A stretch of 63,435 nt of DNA, the filler included, from Reticulomyxa filosa (Eukaryota; Protista; Foraminifera), in assembly GCA_000512085.1 (NCBI GenBank). It is 16 parts of 16 records of this genome, joined end to end, with 100 filler letters (N's around TTAATTAATTAA, not from the genome) between each part and the next. Parts side by side here need not be neighbours in the genome. Positions count along the whole stretch, not along the records: positions 33,754 to 39,207 come from ASPP01021374.1; positions 39,308 to 48,369 come from ASPP01007570.1; 14 more parts are not named here. One strand, written 5' to 3'. Shown here piece after piece: positions 34,771 to 48,469 of the stretch; the first letter of the stretch is position 1; every line of letters begins with the position of its first letter. A program made the translations under genes and the position numbers. A model generated the notes under the pieces. That model had not been told where the DNA came from. It saw only the letters and a list, made by a program, of their open reading frames with translations, and made no database searches.

Positions 34771-36149
34771 GTTTTGTGTTTTTGAAAGCAACATACACAT
34801 CCTTTTCAGGTGTCATACGTCTTAAATTTAATTTTTTGCCGTTTTTGTTTTTCTTAACATAAGTCTAGAAATTTATCCGATAAAACTCATTCTTTTTTTT
34901 TGTTTCATTTAATGCACTTGTCTTGCAAGAAAATGTAAGGAAAATGAAAAATTCTTATGTCTGGAGCATTGTCTTGACTGCTTAAAGAGGTCGCAGGTTT
35001 ACTCAGAGATCGTTATATACGTTTTGATAGAAGTGATGTATATAATTTGTTATTGTATGACTATATTAACAGACAATCGCCTTTACGATTTACTTTTTGA
35101 TCGTTTTCTATCGTTTTCTTCATTAACAAAAGCGCAATGAAGTTCATACACGATTATTTGCTAAAATTAGTATTCTTTTGACATTGACATTATCCAAATA
35201 CAAATTGTTTTAGTTTTGAAAATGCAAATTTTTCATCTCTTATCATTATCAAAAAAATAATATTATAAAAAGTGTTATGAATGTGATGCAATCCGGAGGT
35301 ATAATTAAAATTAAAAGTTGATGTTATTTGGTGAAAATATCACCAATTGTTGCCTAAGTCAAGGGCATTCGATTTTTATAATTTTTTTTTTTTTTCATTT
35401 TCATCACCATTGACTGCAAACAGAAAAATATTTATCATTTATACCCTTTTCATTTCACATTAGTCACACTTCTTTTTTTTAAAATTTTTAAAAATCATCT
35501 TTTTATCTTAAAAAAAACGTGTGATTACGCCTTTTGCATGACCGACTAATGCAATGAAATGCTTTTTTATAATGATCAAACTAAGTAAAATGAAAACTGA
35601 ACAATTAAAATTGCATGCCAACGTATCATCTGGAATTCGTTTTTTTTTTGTGTTGAGATTGCATAATCATGAAAAATATCTTAGCTACTTACAAGTTGTC
35701 ACGTTTTGATTTATGCCAAGTGATGTATTTAGTTGGGAGATAAGTTTTTTCCCTGTGAATCTAACAAAAAATGTGTCAGTTTTGTGATGAAACATTTCTT
35801 TAACTTGAGAAAGTTTTACGTGTTGTCTTCGTGCATCATTATCTAAAAATCAATGAATGCCCAAAAAACATCAAGCAACAATTATGGAAAAAAAGGAATA
35901 GTTGATGACAATATATTTTCATTTCAATGACAAAAATATTCACAATTTAGAAAAAATTGTAGTGCAAAGGCAGTCAATGAAAAAAAAGGTAGCGTAATAT
36001 AAAAGGAGAAATGTGAAGTTTGTGAATTAAAGAATTGGAAAAAAACGACAAAACAAACTTAATAAAATAAACTTGCACTTCACTTTGTGACATTTGTTCC
36101 TTACATTGTGCAATTACAGGATGCGCAATGAAGATATTGGAATACAGTG

Positions 36150-38062
36150 TCAAACACTCGACATTTTAGCCATTTCATTTTTAAGAAAATCATATCTTTG
36201 TTTTAGTTCATCCCTGGATTGTGTAGCCTGTTGAAGTTTTGCTTGTTGAGTCTATTCAAGCGAACAGTATAGATTGATGCCTTTGATCCTTCTAATAATT
36301 TTTTCCCACCATGCAAACAAACAAAAAAACAAACCTTGATTTCTTTAGTCAAAATATCTTTTTCTTTATTAATTTTGATCAGTTGTTCTTGAAAAGAATT
36401 ATTGGAGTCATCTTCCAGTTCTTTTATTTTTTGTTGAAACTCAGCTTCTCGTTGTGCCTCCTCTTGCTTTAATCGTTCTGGTATTTTGGCCAAGTCTTCA
36501 ATTTGCTGTTCTTTGGTTGAGATTTGTTGTTGCAAGAATTGAATGGTGCTTACATCACTTTGTTGTTGCAATTCCAATTCCTTTACGTCATTATCTACTT
36601 CTCGAATTTGTTTTTCGATTTCCTCTTTTTGCATTTGATAGCCTTTTTTTGTTCTTTCATCTGACTCGCACTTTTTTTTTTTGGAAAAAAAAAAGAGAAT
36701 AAAAAATGACAGTTGCATTGACATAAATATAATAATTAGCATGTCCAAACTCAAATGAACAAAAAAAAAAAAAAAATGCAAATATCAAACCCGATTTTTA
36801 AATCGTTCAGTTTGCGCTTTGATTTTGGCAAGTTTTTGATGATTGGACAAAATGACCTCGCAAATGCTGTATTCTTTTTGCAATTGAGGATCTCCTTCAA
36901 TTGGTTGCAGTATCACCTTTCGTTTGTTTCTGTCATGTACAACATTCGACTGAACTGGGGTCGTTTTATCTGCAAAGCCTGTTTTATTTCATTTGGGTAT
37001 GTAAGCATACAATATAATAACAATAATAATATAAATATATATATATATATGCATACATATATATTGTATATATTATTATTATTATTATTATTAAATTAAT
37101 AAATCTTACCAATAACTTCGACTTTGTAGGTATTACTCTTTTGCGTTTCAATGGCTAACACAAACCGCCGAAATTTCTGGTAAAACAAGGCGTCGCTGTC
37201 TTTGGTGTCCAAGCTGCTAACAAAGCTTGGAGACGCGATTGTCTTTTTTGGGCCAAACGTCGTTGTTTGGAATATTTCGTTCAGATCATGGATGTGTTTG
37301 TAACTCGGGTTCAGCCATCCCAGCCAATAGTTTATACCTTTGCGCCACGACTTCGACACTCGTCCGCAAACAAAAATGGTTTGCAAGTCGCAAAACGACA
37401 GCACTGTGTGAAACACCGGGCCCGGCAATATATATTCTCTTTGGTAGTGCAATGACGTGGCAAAGTTTACGTCCGCTTCTTCCAAGTTTCCAAATTGCTA
37501 CATTTTGCATCATTCAACATTGTTCTTTTTGTTACTTCAACTTTTTTCACCTCCCCCCCCTTTTTTTTTTTAAATTCCATTTCCTCCTGCCCTTTCACAT
37601 CCTCCCTTTCTCTCCTCTTCTGTTGTCCAACAAAACAAATGCACTCACTTGCTCTTTTATCCTTTTCTTCAATTTCTCATACTTTCTTTTCAATTTGTTA
37701 CACTCAGTTTGCAATGTAAATGTCTTCTGCTGTTCCAGCGCGTGTGCTGCTTTTGTTGTTTCTAACTTTAGCTTTGTTCCTAATAGCGACAGCTGCTTGC
37801 TTTGAATATCCGATTGGTAGTGACTGATTTCTGAACTAAATGTTGCCTTCCATAAATCAAATTCTGCATCTCTTCGCAGCTGAATCTCTTCGAGCTCTTT
37901 GCTTTGGTTCTGACATTTTTTTTATTGTTGCCGTTGTTGGTAAGCTGTTTTGACGGGAAAATACAATTTAAAACACAATACCAAAAATTCGCTTTCAAAA
38001 TTTTCAATTTGAGTTTCAAAATCAGCTAACTTGTTGAGTTGGGCAAAAAATAAATCATCCAT
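36150..38062 (-). CDS. Coiled-coil protein with an internal F-box, multi-exon
   Basis: F-box LPGPVFHTVLSFCDLQTIFVCGRVSKSWR; Q/E/K heptad-rich exons on both sides; ATG at 38062, TGA at 36150. Confidence 0.7.
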
Positions 38063-39307
38063 GATTTTGCCTCTTCTAATTGTGAAAAATTTTGCTGCCC
38101 CCTCCAAAAAAACTTCAGCAGTGTCTTGTTGCAGCCAGTGTAAAAAGAAAGGAAGAAAATTTTATCGTTCTTCTGCTGGCTTGTCAGTATACAATGTCAA
38201 TTATAGTTATCTAATAATCGTGAATTCGGCAATTGATATTCCAGCGTTCAAACTAACGGCTCATCTTTAACACTATAAGACAGCTCTATACCATGCTGTA
38301 ATCATTAACTTAGTTATATCGACTCTATATTAAATTTTTTGTACTTAATCTACTTTCTTTGATTTCTCTGCATTTTCAGCTCAAGGTGCAACGTGAGTGC
38401 CACTAGAAATTATTTTTTAAAAACTTTGAAGTTGTTTTATCATCAATCTTTATTTATACGATAATATTTTTAATTGATTATTCATCTGTTCTTTTGACTG
38501 GATTTCTCGTTGTTTGTTTAATAAGATACAAAAAAATTGACAAGAGTGTAAAAGTGTTCCTTTTTTGAAATATCCGTTTGTTGCTTGTATTAGCTCAAAA
38601 AAAATTTTGAGCTCTTCGGTTTGTAAGAGTGAAGTGATGTTCCTGTCATCTTACAAAAATCACACGTCACCAAGCGTTTAAAACTGAGCAATACTACTTG
38701 ACGCGCTTCCAACAGTGAAGAATATTATTTATTATTATCAATAAAGCTATTGTTATGAATCTGACAGAGCATAAAGCTACCAATTTTTTCTCAGCTTTAA
38801 AACTATGTCGTACTGTGCATGTTGACAATATGCACATATTTTTCTTGAGTTCAAATCGATAACAAGGCAAACTTGTATGTGTATGTTATACCTGCAAGTA
38901 ATGAAAGTTTTTGCGTAAAAATATTTATCCAAAACAAAGAGAAAGTTATATTTATTGTTGGTATTTCCAAACAATCTACATTAAAAGTGAATTGTTTCTG
39001 AATTTTTGCAAGATCTATGAATGGCATTTAAGCAATAGTTGATATAATTTGACATCTATCTGCAAGTGATATTACACTTGATATCTTTTCTCCAAAATCA
39101 TGCAAATGAAAGCACTATGACAAAGTGTTATTGGGATTTGCAAACAATTTTTACTTCAATAAGTAATTTTCATTAAAATAATTCTTTCAAAAAAAAAGAA
39201 GTGTGACNNNNNNNNNNNNNNNNNNNNNNNNNNNNNNNNNNNNNNNNNNNNTTAATTAATTAANNNNNNNNNNNNNNNNNNNNNNNNNNNNNNNNNNNNN
39301 NNNNNNN

Positions 39308-40095
39308 AAAAAAAAAAAAAAAAAAAAAAAAATCATTACAAACACAAAAAGAAGTAAGTATACATCATAGAAAAAAAAAAAAAAAAAAAAAAAAACCTCC
39401 TGAAATGATGCTCAAGTCATGGCGATTGAAATCCAAGGCATACAACGCATCTTTCTCGTGCCCTTTGAGAATGAGCTCGGGTGTGTTCGGATCGCTGTTG
39501 TTTTTTAATAAACGATCTCTTTGTTTTTCAGTATTCCAAATAAACACATATTTATGTTGCGTGTGGGTGGCAATGACATCTCTGTGTTGTGGACATTGTT
39601 TGATGCGCAAAACAGGACCTGGATGTATGATACGCTTGGTGATGTTGAGTTTATGATAACGCGATTTCGGCTTGTACGTAAAGGAATTGATTAGCTTCGC
39701 GGGGTCGCAGCTGCTCGTAAATGCGTGAGGAATGTGCACGCTGCACACCAACAATGCATGAGGATGTCCCTCCCATACATGCTTGCTCTTGTTGTATGCC
39801 GCGTTCGTCGCGCGGCTGAAGAACAAGCGATGGACGCTATGATACGGCTGATATTCCAACAATGCCCCGAAACAACAAGCGTAACTGCAATAGTCCAGCT
39901 TCTCGTGGTAAATGTTGTCATATAACAATGGCGCGTTTTGCTTCCAGTTCTCCAACCGATCTTTGAATGCGCAGTCCGACATCTTTAGGTTTGTATTCAC
40001 ATTCATTGCACTACTTACAGCTGCTGTCGTATTCGTACTCGTATTCGCTAGTGTTGGTGCTGCTGTTATTGATGTGCTATTGCTATTACTATTAC

Positions 40096-40138
<43 letters not shown>

Positions 40139-40300
40139 GTTATTATTATTATTATTGCTGCTATTACTATTCGCACTGCTGCTATTGTTGTTGTTGTTTC
40201 GCTTCATATTCTTCAGTTTGATTTTTATTTTTATTTTTGTTGGAATTTGTCCTTCCTTTTCGTTTGGACACCTTAGTTCGAGGGGAAATATATTACTACT
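39308..40300 (-). CDS. Histone-binding WD40 protein of the RBBP4/MSI family (MSI4/FVE-like), 3' truncated, with N-terminal poly-Asn
   Basis: ENWKQNAPLLYD (CAF1C H4-binding region), KRIIHPGPVLRIKQCPQHRDVIATHT, PELILKGHEKDALYALDF; start position uncertain. Confidence 0.85.
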
Positions 40301-40796
40301 AGTTACACGCTGAATGACTCCACAAAAAAAAAATCGCCACGGGGAAAAAACAATATTGCTTTAATACTTGCGAAATCGATTATAAATTCACGTTCGGCCG
40401 CTTTACCACCATTGGAGTTTTCTCGCCAAGTTCCCCTCCTCTCACTAGCTTCTTCCAATCCAAGTAAACAAACAAATACTACACGTCTAAAAGTCAAATC
40501 TTGCAATCTTTTGCCCAAAGATATCTCGCGTGTTAAAATGCCACCAATAAATTTGCGTAATTCAAATCAATTAATTGGAACGACAGCCGAATTCTCGTAA
40601 ATAAAATGCGTCTCAGCTTAGATTAAAGAAACATAGCATTTATTTTAAAAATATTTTTAATATACTGTAGAACAAAGACTTCTAGTAAGACTCTTGCAAT
40701 TTGAGAAACTTCAAACTCGTGGAAAGGGGTAGCGTCCTTTTGACCTTTTATAGTTTTTTTTTGTTGTTTTGGAAGTATAATCGAAAAAGCAAAATA

Positions 40797-42283
40797 ATGA
40801 CATCTCTTCTCAATGAGGACAAAGATGACTCTGATTTTGAGGAATTGGAAGGTTCATTGCAAAATTTGCTTGATCAGGTTTTCTTCGCCGCTGGTCTTTT
40901 TTCCAAAAACTGAACTCTTCGTAACCTTCTAACAAACACGGTGGGAAATATCATAGAAATCGTTGAAGTGGATATTTGTAGGAGGGAAAGGTGGAGTAGG
41001 AAAAACAACAACTTCTTGCAGTCTGGCGGTAATGCTGGCATCTCAACGAGAAAAAGTGTTGATAATTTCAACCGATCCAGCACATAATTTGAGCGATGCA
41101 TTCAACCAACAGTTTGGCCCACAAGAGACACTTGTTCAAGTATGTGCAAAAAAAAAATTTTTTTTTTTTGACGCGTCATCTCTTTATTTTGTGGGGTTGT
41201 TTGACAAGACCAATTGAAATATTTTTTAAAAAGTGGTGTGTACGTGCGTATAATGAAAGGGCTTCGATAATTTGTATGCAATGGAAATCGATCCAAAAAT
41301 AAACTTCCAAGACAACACGGAAGGCTTTTTTGGGGACAGTAGGACACGCAATTTGCTAATGGAATTGAGTAGTTCAATGCCAGGAATTGACGAAGCCATG
41401 TCTTTTGCCGAGTTGATGAAACAAGTGGAAAAGAGTCAATATAGCGTCATTGTGTTTGACACCGCTCCGACCGGACACACTTTGCGTTTACTGTCATTCC
41501 CCACAGTCATTGAAAAGGGATTAGGCACTTTTGACAAACTAAAATCCAAGTTTGGTGGATTGTTTCAAAATATGGCCGGTTTATTGCAATCCGGAGGTGG
41601 AGCAGGTGGTGGATTGGACATGAATGCCATGAATGAAAAGTTTCGACAGACAACAAAAACCGAAACAAACAAATAAAAACATTCTCGCTTGCGTTCTCTT
41701 CTGTTCTCTCCGCTTTGGAGATGCTCTAACTATAAATCAAACACATAAACAACAAAAAAGAGTTGAAGAGATCAAAAGATCCGTGGATAAAATTAAAAAA
41801 ACATTCCAAGATGATGAATTGACCACGTTTGTGGCTGTATGCATTCCCGAATTTTTGAGTTTGTATGAAACAGAGAGATTGGTACAAAAGCTAGCTAAAT
41901 TTGGCATTGATACTCACAATATTGTCATCAATCAAATATTGTTCCCTGAAAAAGATGGAAAGTGCAAGCGATGTGCTGCTCGCGAGAAGATGCAATCTGT
42001 CTATATTAAGCAATATTATGATTTATACCCTGACTTTCATTTGGTGGAAATGCCACTTTTAAGTGATGAAGTGAGACGTATTGAAAAACTCAAAAAATTC
42101 GCTTACTTGCTGCTACATCCCTACGGTAAAATGACAGAGGAAGAAAAGGAAGCAAGAATTGAAATTGGTAATGAGGTAAAAAGTATTGACAATATTCATG
42201 AAACTCACGCCTCAAAAAATATCAGTGATCAAGATGATAAAACCAAGTCACATGGAAAAACAGATATGATTGACGTTGATTGA
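40797..42283 (+). CDS. GET3: GET3/ASNA1 tail-anchored protein targeting ATPase; introns 40878-40956, 41140-41259, 41640-41760
   Basis: [70 protein letters not shown] zinc motif. Confidence 0.96.
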
Positions 42284-42646
42284 CATACTATTTTTTAAAC
42301 TTGTTTTTCACAACAAGATCACTCATTTTTAGCAAAATTTTGGGTATTTTATTATCTCAATAAAATATTTTTTTTTGCCTTCATTAAAAAGCTAACCATT
42401 TCTGTTAAAGGGTTTGACGTTTCTGATGTCGGCCATTTTTAAAACAATATTCTGCAAGTTTTTTTAAAGAGAATTCTGCTGAAGATATTTGGGCTGTGCA
42501 AAACAATGCTGACGCCTTCATTTAAAAACGGAAGACAAACCGCAAAACAAATGTAAGCAAAAAACCAAGAACACTTTGTCGCAGTGACAAAAGAAAAAAA
42601 TGATACACAGTCTAGAAGCCGAATCCAAAATAAATTTTATTCGATA

Positions 42647-45600
42647 TTATGTATCTTCTTCCTCAAACGTCTGATCCAACCTGAATGACATTTTTCTCAG
42701 TTCTCTCAACATGTCACCACTAGGTTCGCTAACATAATTGTAAAATCCTTCAGAGATACTAGTCAATTCTTTAATTCCAAGATATTGTAAAATGCTCTGG
42801 AATTGTGGAACAGGTTCTTCTAATGTGACCTTTTCGTGTTCGAATTTTTTTTTCTGGTTTGACATGTACCAGTGATCCACCTCGACCATTTGGTGCTTGT
42901 GGAGATAATCTGGCATTTTTTTCAGTTTGGCTTGCGCTGTGTGACACTGATAAACTTACGCTGTTGACATAGTTATGCTGTTCATTGATTTCTGATACAC
43001 TTGCATTAGGTAGATGTTTGTTATCTGTGGTTAAGGATTGTGTCGCTTGTTGTGCATTATGAGTCTGGCCCTGAATTTGCGTATTTGTTTGAGTTGTTAC
43101 ATGCCGATGTGCGTTGAGATCGGTACCGGCCCAAGGCATATCGGTACCAGTGTCATTTGCCAACTGAGATAAAGATGAACTCGGGGCTGCTCCAGTCCAA
43201 GAACTCAGATTTGCAGTATGGATTTGTCCTGTCTTTTGCAAAGGCAAGTTTTGTAAACTCATACTCCCTACTAATGGAGCTGGCGCACTTTGTGTTTGTG
43301 CTTTTTCTTTCTCTCCTTTTTGCTCTTTTTCTAATCGTCGCTGAAGATCTTTTGCAATTTCGCTGTAGTCTTTGGAATATTTCTTGATCGTTTTTCCAAT
43401 TGTGTAAAAAGGAGCTAGATTTGGTGGCACACTAGTATACGTACAACAAGAGACAAGCATGATATGTGAGGAATTTTCAAAGGAAAAAAAATATTATATA
43501 TTTGTACACGCTGTATGTGTGTAAATTTGTTACCGGAAAGGTTGATGTCCCCAGTCTGCTTTAAATCGATCAGTGATATTCAAATACGGCTCTTCAATGG
43601 TATTATTCACAGTTGTTGTCGTTGCTTCGTAAGTCATCCTACAAAATGGTATTGCAATGACATTTTCCTTGCGACCAATATCAACATGCACAGGTTCGAT
43701 CCATAATCCATTATTGCTACTTTCATCCTTTTCTTCGGATGTTTGTTTCTCCAAATCAAACGTCTCCTCAGCAACTTCGTTTTCATTATCATTATCGTTA
43801 CTTTCATGATCTCTCTCCTTTTCATTATCATTGTCGTTAATTTCATTTTCAGCACTTTCATTGAGCTCTCGGTCTGTCTCGTTCAAGTAAGATGTGGACA
43901 TTTCTCCATCGGAAGAAGGATCGGTTGTGTCTGCACTTTGTTTATGTCGACTTGCAGAAGCTCCTATCTCTGAAGCTGCTCTATGTTCAGAAACAATATC
44001 GGGGACGTCGTTATTCGCAATTCTGGCGAGATAGCCAAATGTCAACGTAGATTGATCTTCAAAAATCCAGTTTTGTTCCTCATCATCGATCTTACATCTT
44101 CGCGTGTCGCTCAATGCAAAATTGTTCAGTTTGCAAAGATAATAACAGTTTTTTGGCTTGTTTCCGCATAGAGATACAAAATCACACTTGCACAGTGTAC
44201 ATCTGTACGACCACTAATCGGCAACACTGGTTCGTTGAAGTAATCTGCCAAACTTAAGGACTGGCGAGATCGCCACACGCCATGTCTTGTTTGCCATCCC
44301 TTGTTTATTCATAGTTATTATTATTATTATTATTGTTATTGCACGTAGATATAACAATAAATAAATAAACACATGTATACGTATGTTTTATCTTATAAAC
44401 ACATACAAAAACGGATTCGGAAAGAGACTGGGGTGGATTGGGTTTGGCTTGTTCCACAACAATGGACGGCCTGGTACGAGAGGTTTTGGTAGCTGCTTTA
44501 ATTCCAACGCCCAAATACGAAGCGACTTGACTGTGTTGCGCTGTTAAGAACTCGTGAATGTGATAAAAAGCCATGAGTGAATACGGTGCAGTATGACTGG
44601 CAATATGTATGGATATGTTGCCAATTCCCAATGATGTCTTCATTACGAATTGGTTGTTCCATTGTGAATCTGGGCTGTCCTCTTTTGCAAGATCACTCCA
44701 TTTCTCCATACGCACACACACACACACACAAAGTATGAGTCACATACCGATCTCCAAAACGTATTTGTTAGTTTGCACTTCCAAAATTCTTCTCAATTGA
44801 TTGGTTTTTAATGATAATTTCATGTTTTGGGGACAAATACGAATCAAATTAACCGCCAGTTTTTTCGGGCCTGGGAAGAAGTTGCTTTCAGTGAGTTGAT
44901 AGCTTTGATAATGCAAAAACGAGATTTTGATGTCTTTGAGATTCAACAAAATTTGCAACGGCTCGTGTCTTTTCTTGCGATACGCACTCACTTTTTCGCT
45001 GTTTGTATTGCCCGACACTTGCATAATGGAAGTAAGTATGCCGGTGGCCGTGGAATGAGGATGCGATCGAAGCTTGTGTGGATAGCGTTTGCTTCCTGAC
45101 GCCGGCGTTCCGCCACTGCCCGAGGACGCGCTTGCGGCAGCAGCGGCACTGGAGCCTGTGGGGTACCATCCACTACTACGGGACCCGCCGTCGTACGATT
45201 TAACCACGAGATCGGTTTGAATGGTGGCTCGAATCACGCGTGGGGTTTGATATGATACACGTCCTTCGTCATAATAATACATGTAGAGCTTGGTAAACTC
45301 TGCGTCAATTCTGGTATTCACCAAGGGGACCTATTCCGATTCGGGAGACATATAGGATAGATGAATATATATATACATATATACACATATACATATTAAA
45401 TATATACATATACATATATATGTAAATGTGCGTGTGTGTGTGTACAAATCGTAACGTCGGTGCAATCGATAACAATAGGGGACTTTGTTCTGGAGGAATA
45501 CTTGGTGTTGTTGTGTGGATTTGAAATGCATATCATCATAGCAGTGGGCGCTTTCGACACGCTTGGCGATTCTTCGTCACTAAACTCGGATCGAATGTCA

Positions 45601-48369
45601 CTGTGATGACTTTCGGAATAGATTTTGCGCTTTGAGGTTTGGTGCTGAATGCAATCGACCAGCAGCTTTAACGTAGACAGGGTGACGATGGAAGTGTCCA
45701 GTGAAACATTTCGGACGGAAAGCAACACAGTTGTGAGAGGCAATCCATCCGATCTTAAATGAAATCCTTGCGATATCTGTCCGTCGATGCTGAATTGACA
45801 CACGTTCAATCGTTTTTCTTGCTTCACGATCATTTGAGTCTCCAGTTTGGGAATACTCGCCGTCAGCATCGTTGCGTAAGGAGTTTCTTGTTGGTGTCTC
45901 ATTGCAGTGAGACAAACCTTCGACCAACAGAGCGATACTTGATCTTTTACCGCCACACTGCATTCCAGCTGTTATTTTTATTGGGATAGGAGAGTGAAGA
46001 TCGGCCAATGGACAACAGATAATGGACAACAGATAATAGACAACAGACAATAGACACAATAACAATAGCAACAAACCTTGTCATAAAACGGAGCACAGCT
46101 AAGCAATAAATTCATATTGTGAATTGCCACACAGAGCGTATGGCCCGAAGATGACACTGCTTTTTTTTGTTGAACTGCCACATTGCTTCTTCGAGGGGAG
46201 GAAGGTGCTCGTGGCAAGACGTCCAATGAAGCCAGGGCTATATTGTTTTGCACGGCAATGATAAACTCGAATATGGTCATATCGATGGCAAATTGATCCA
46301 ATCGAATCTATTACGTATGCATGTATATATGTATATATACATATGTGGTTTTTTTAATAATTAAAAAAAAAAATTGTCTTGCACGTGCATACCTCTAAAA
46401 ATGTATCTGACTGCGAACCATCCTCGAAATTGGACACATTGGAGTGAAGTTTGACACAAGGCAAAGCCACTTTCGTCATCATCCCGCCCTTGCTTTTTGC
46501 GCCTCCATTGACATGCTTCGTGGTTAACACAAGCTCGCCACAACGCTTTTTGGTTTCGTTCCTTCGAGTGGACTCATCCATTCGACACTCCACGTTCATT
46601 TCCAATTCCCACGTGAGATGGCTTTGGCCTGCCGTGTTATTATAGCCCGAAGGAGCATTTAGATTCTTGTCGGACATGCTCACATTGGCGCCCGCAGTAA
46701 TGAATGGTATTTGAGAGCTGTTTCCAGCGTCGGAGGCATGGCTGACACGTGGGCCTTGTTCATAATGATACCACTTGGCCTCGTTGCGCCAATCATTGCG
46801 ATCGTATTCGGTCATTATATTTTTCAATGAATACATCAATGGTACGATACTGGGATGAACTCGGCCTTTAACTATTTTATATATTACACATACATATATT
46901 TGTATATGTGTATTTATTTGAAAAGGACACATACTCGTTGAAATGACGTTATTGGACTTGATGCCCAATTGCACGTAGTTACTTCGGTTCTGCATAAGTT
47001 GATTGGACGATAATAAGCGAACAACTCGTATTCGATTGTTAACCAACTTTTCAATCATTTTGTAATTTTTGAGTGAATTCAAATGCCTAACGTCCATTCC
47101 TTGCTCCAAGCCAACGATCAAATGCGACACGTCCATATACGCGCTCAGCTCCGTTTGAATGTCTTTGAGATTGCTGCTATGAATTCCAGCCTCCAATTTT
47201 TCGAAATAAAAATCATCGCATTTACTTGCTTTTCGTTGGAAATGTTGTAATTGGATGAAAACTCATAGATTGTGGCATTGTTTCCAGTGTTGGAATTTGT
47301 GCCTGGACTTATGGCATTGACGACGCACCAATGGTTCATCTGCAACATTGTTGTGAATTTCACGCGAATTTCCTCTTTGGCTTCTTCTGCAATGCTCTGG
47401 TCCGATTTGGATTGTCTTTGATTGGCACGTGGTGGCTAATATATATATATATATATTACATATATATAGGTATATATGTATATCCAAACAAGACAACATA
47501 TACACACGCAAAGAACAAACTCTGTTTTGAGCGTTGGCATTATTTTCTTCTTCTCGAGGAACGTGCTTCATGACTGGAGTGTGCATCCACACATCAGTAA
47601 CTCCAAGTCCCATGGATTGCGAGCCAACCGAAGACGTCCGCTCATTACCCGTGACCTTGCTCGCAGCCGGTAAAGATGTGTTTACGCCGGTATTGGTCCG
47701 AACTTGTGAGACTTTATCGGTTTGAGTGGCTCCACTCATCGACGGAGCATATCCTGGGCCCATTCCAGTGCTCGATAACAGATCGCTGGACAACACCACG
47801 CCTTTTTTGCTAATGTTGTCGCTAATCGTTTGTACAAACTTTTTCACACCCAATTTTTGGATGTTTTCCGGCACTGTCAGCGAAAACTCACTCTTATATC
47901 GATCGAACAAAGTATAAAACAATTGAATGATTGCAGGAGTACAGTTGATTCGACATGGGCCAATGTTCAAATGCTGAGCAATGTCCCATTCATTCCCATG
48001 TCGTTGGACAATTGCTTGCAAATCAATGAGCGCCTCTACGTACAACGGTGCCAAGGTAATGCCGGTGTCAGCTTCCATTTCTACTGGCTCCGCTTCTTCC
48101 ATTTTCTTTTCAAAATCTTTTGGCGGTTTCTTGCTGAATTTTTTTTTATTCGGTTTGTCCGCCTCGTTACTTGGAGCCAGTGTTTCTTCCTCTGGCTTTA
48201 GAGCCACTTTGTCGCTCTTCTTATGTCGAGTCCTCGAATTGCTGTGATGGATTTGGACAGTCAAGTTCTTTGCATGAATCGAAGTCCTTCCTTCCGCCGG
48301 CTCTGCGATCAGCGTGTTATTGTTTGGGTTCTGACTGTTATTGTTATTGTTATTATTATTGCTATTGTT
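42647..48369 (-). CDS. Very large multi-exon protein, tentatively a bridge-like lipid transfer protein BLTP1 (KIAA1109/Tweek/Csf1) C-terminal part; 5' truncated
   Basis: More than 1500 aa of beta-strand-rich exons with disordered inserts; C-terminus SILQYLGIKELTSISEGFYNYVSEPSGDML resembles my recollection of the BLTP1 terminal motif (YILQKLGF...IPKWLQRGVMDPLDKVL); frameshift at the T9 run near 42845-42853. Confidence 0.5.
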
Positions 48370-48469
48370 NNNNNNNNNNNNNNNNNNNNNNNNNNNNNNN
48401 NNNNNNNNNNNNNTTAATTAATTAANNNNNNNNNNNNNNNNNNNNNNNNNNNNNNNNNNNNNNNNNNNN

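Noticed and set aside
42845-42853. Programmed frameshifting at A/T runs (also about 34610, 54515, 57030 and 58685)
   Set aside because: All lie in long homopolymers, the typical pyrosequencing or assembly error. No stimulatory structure was seen.
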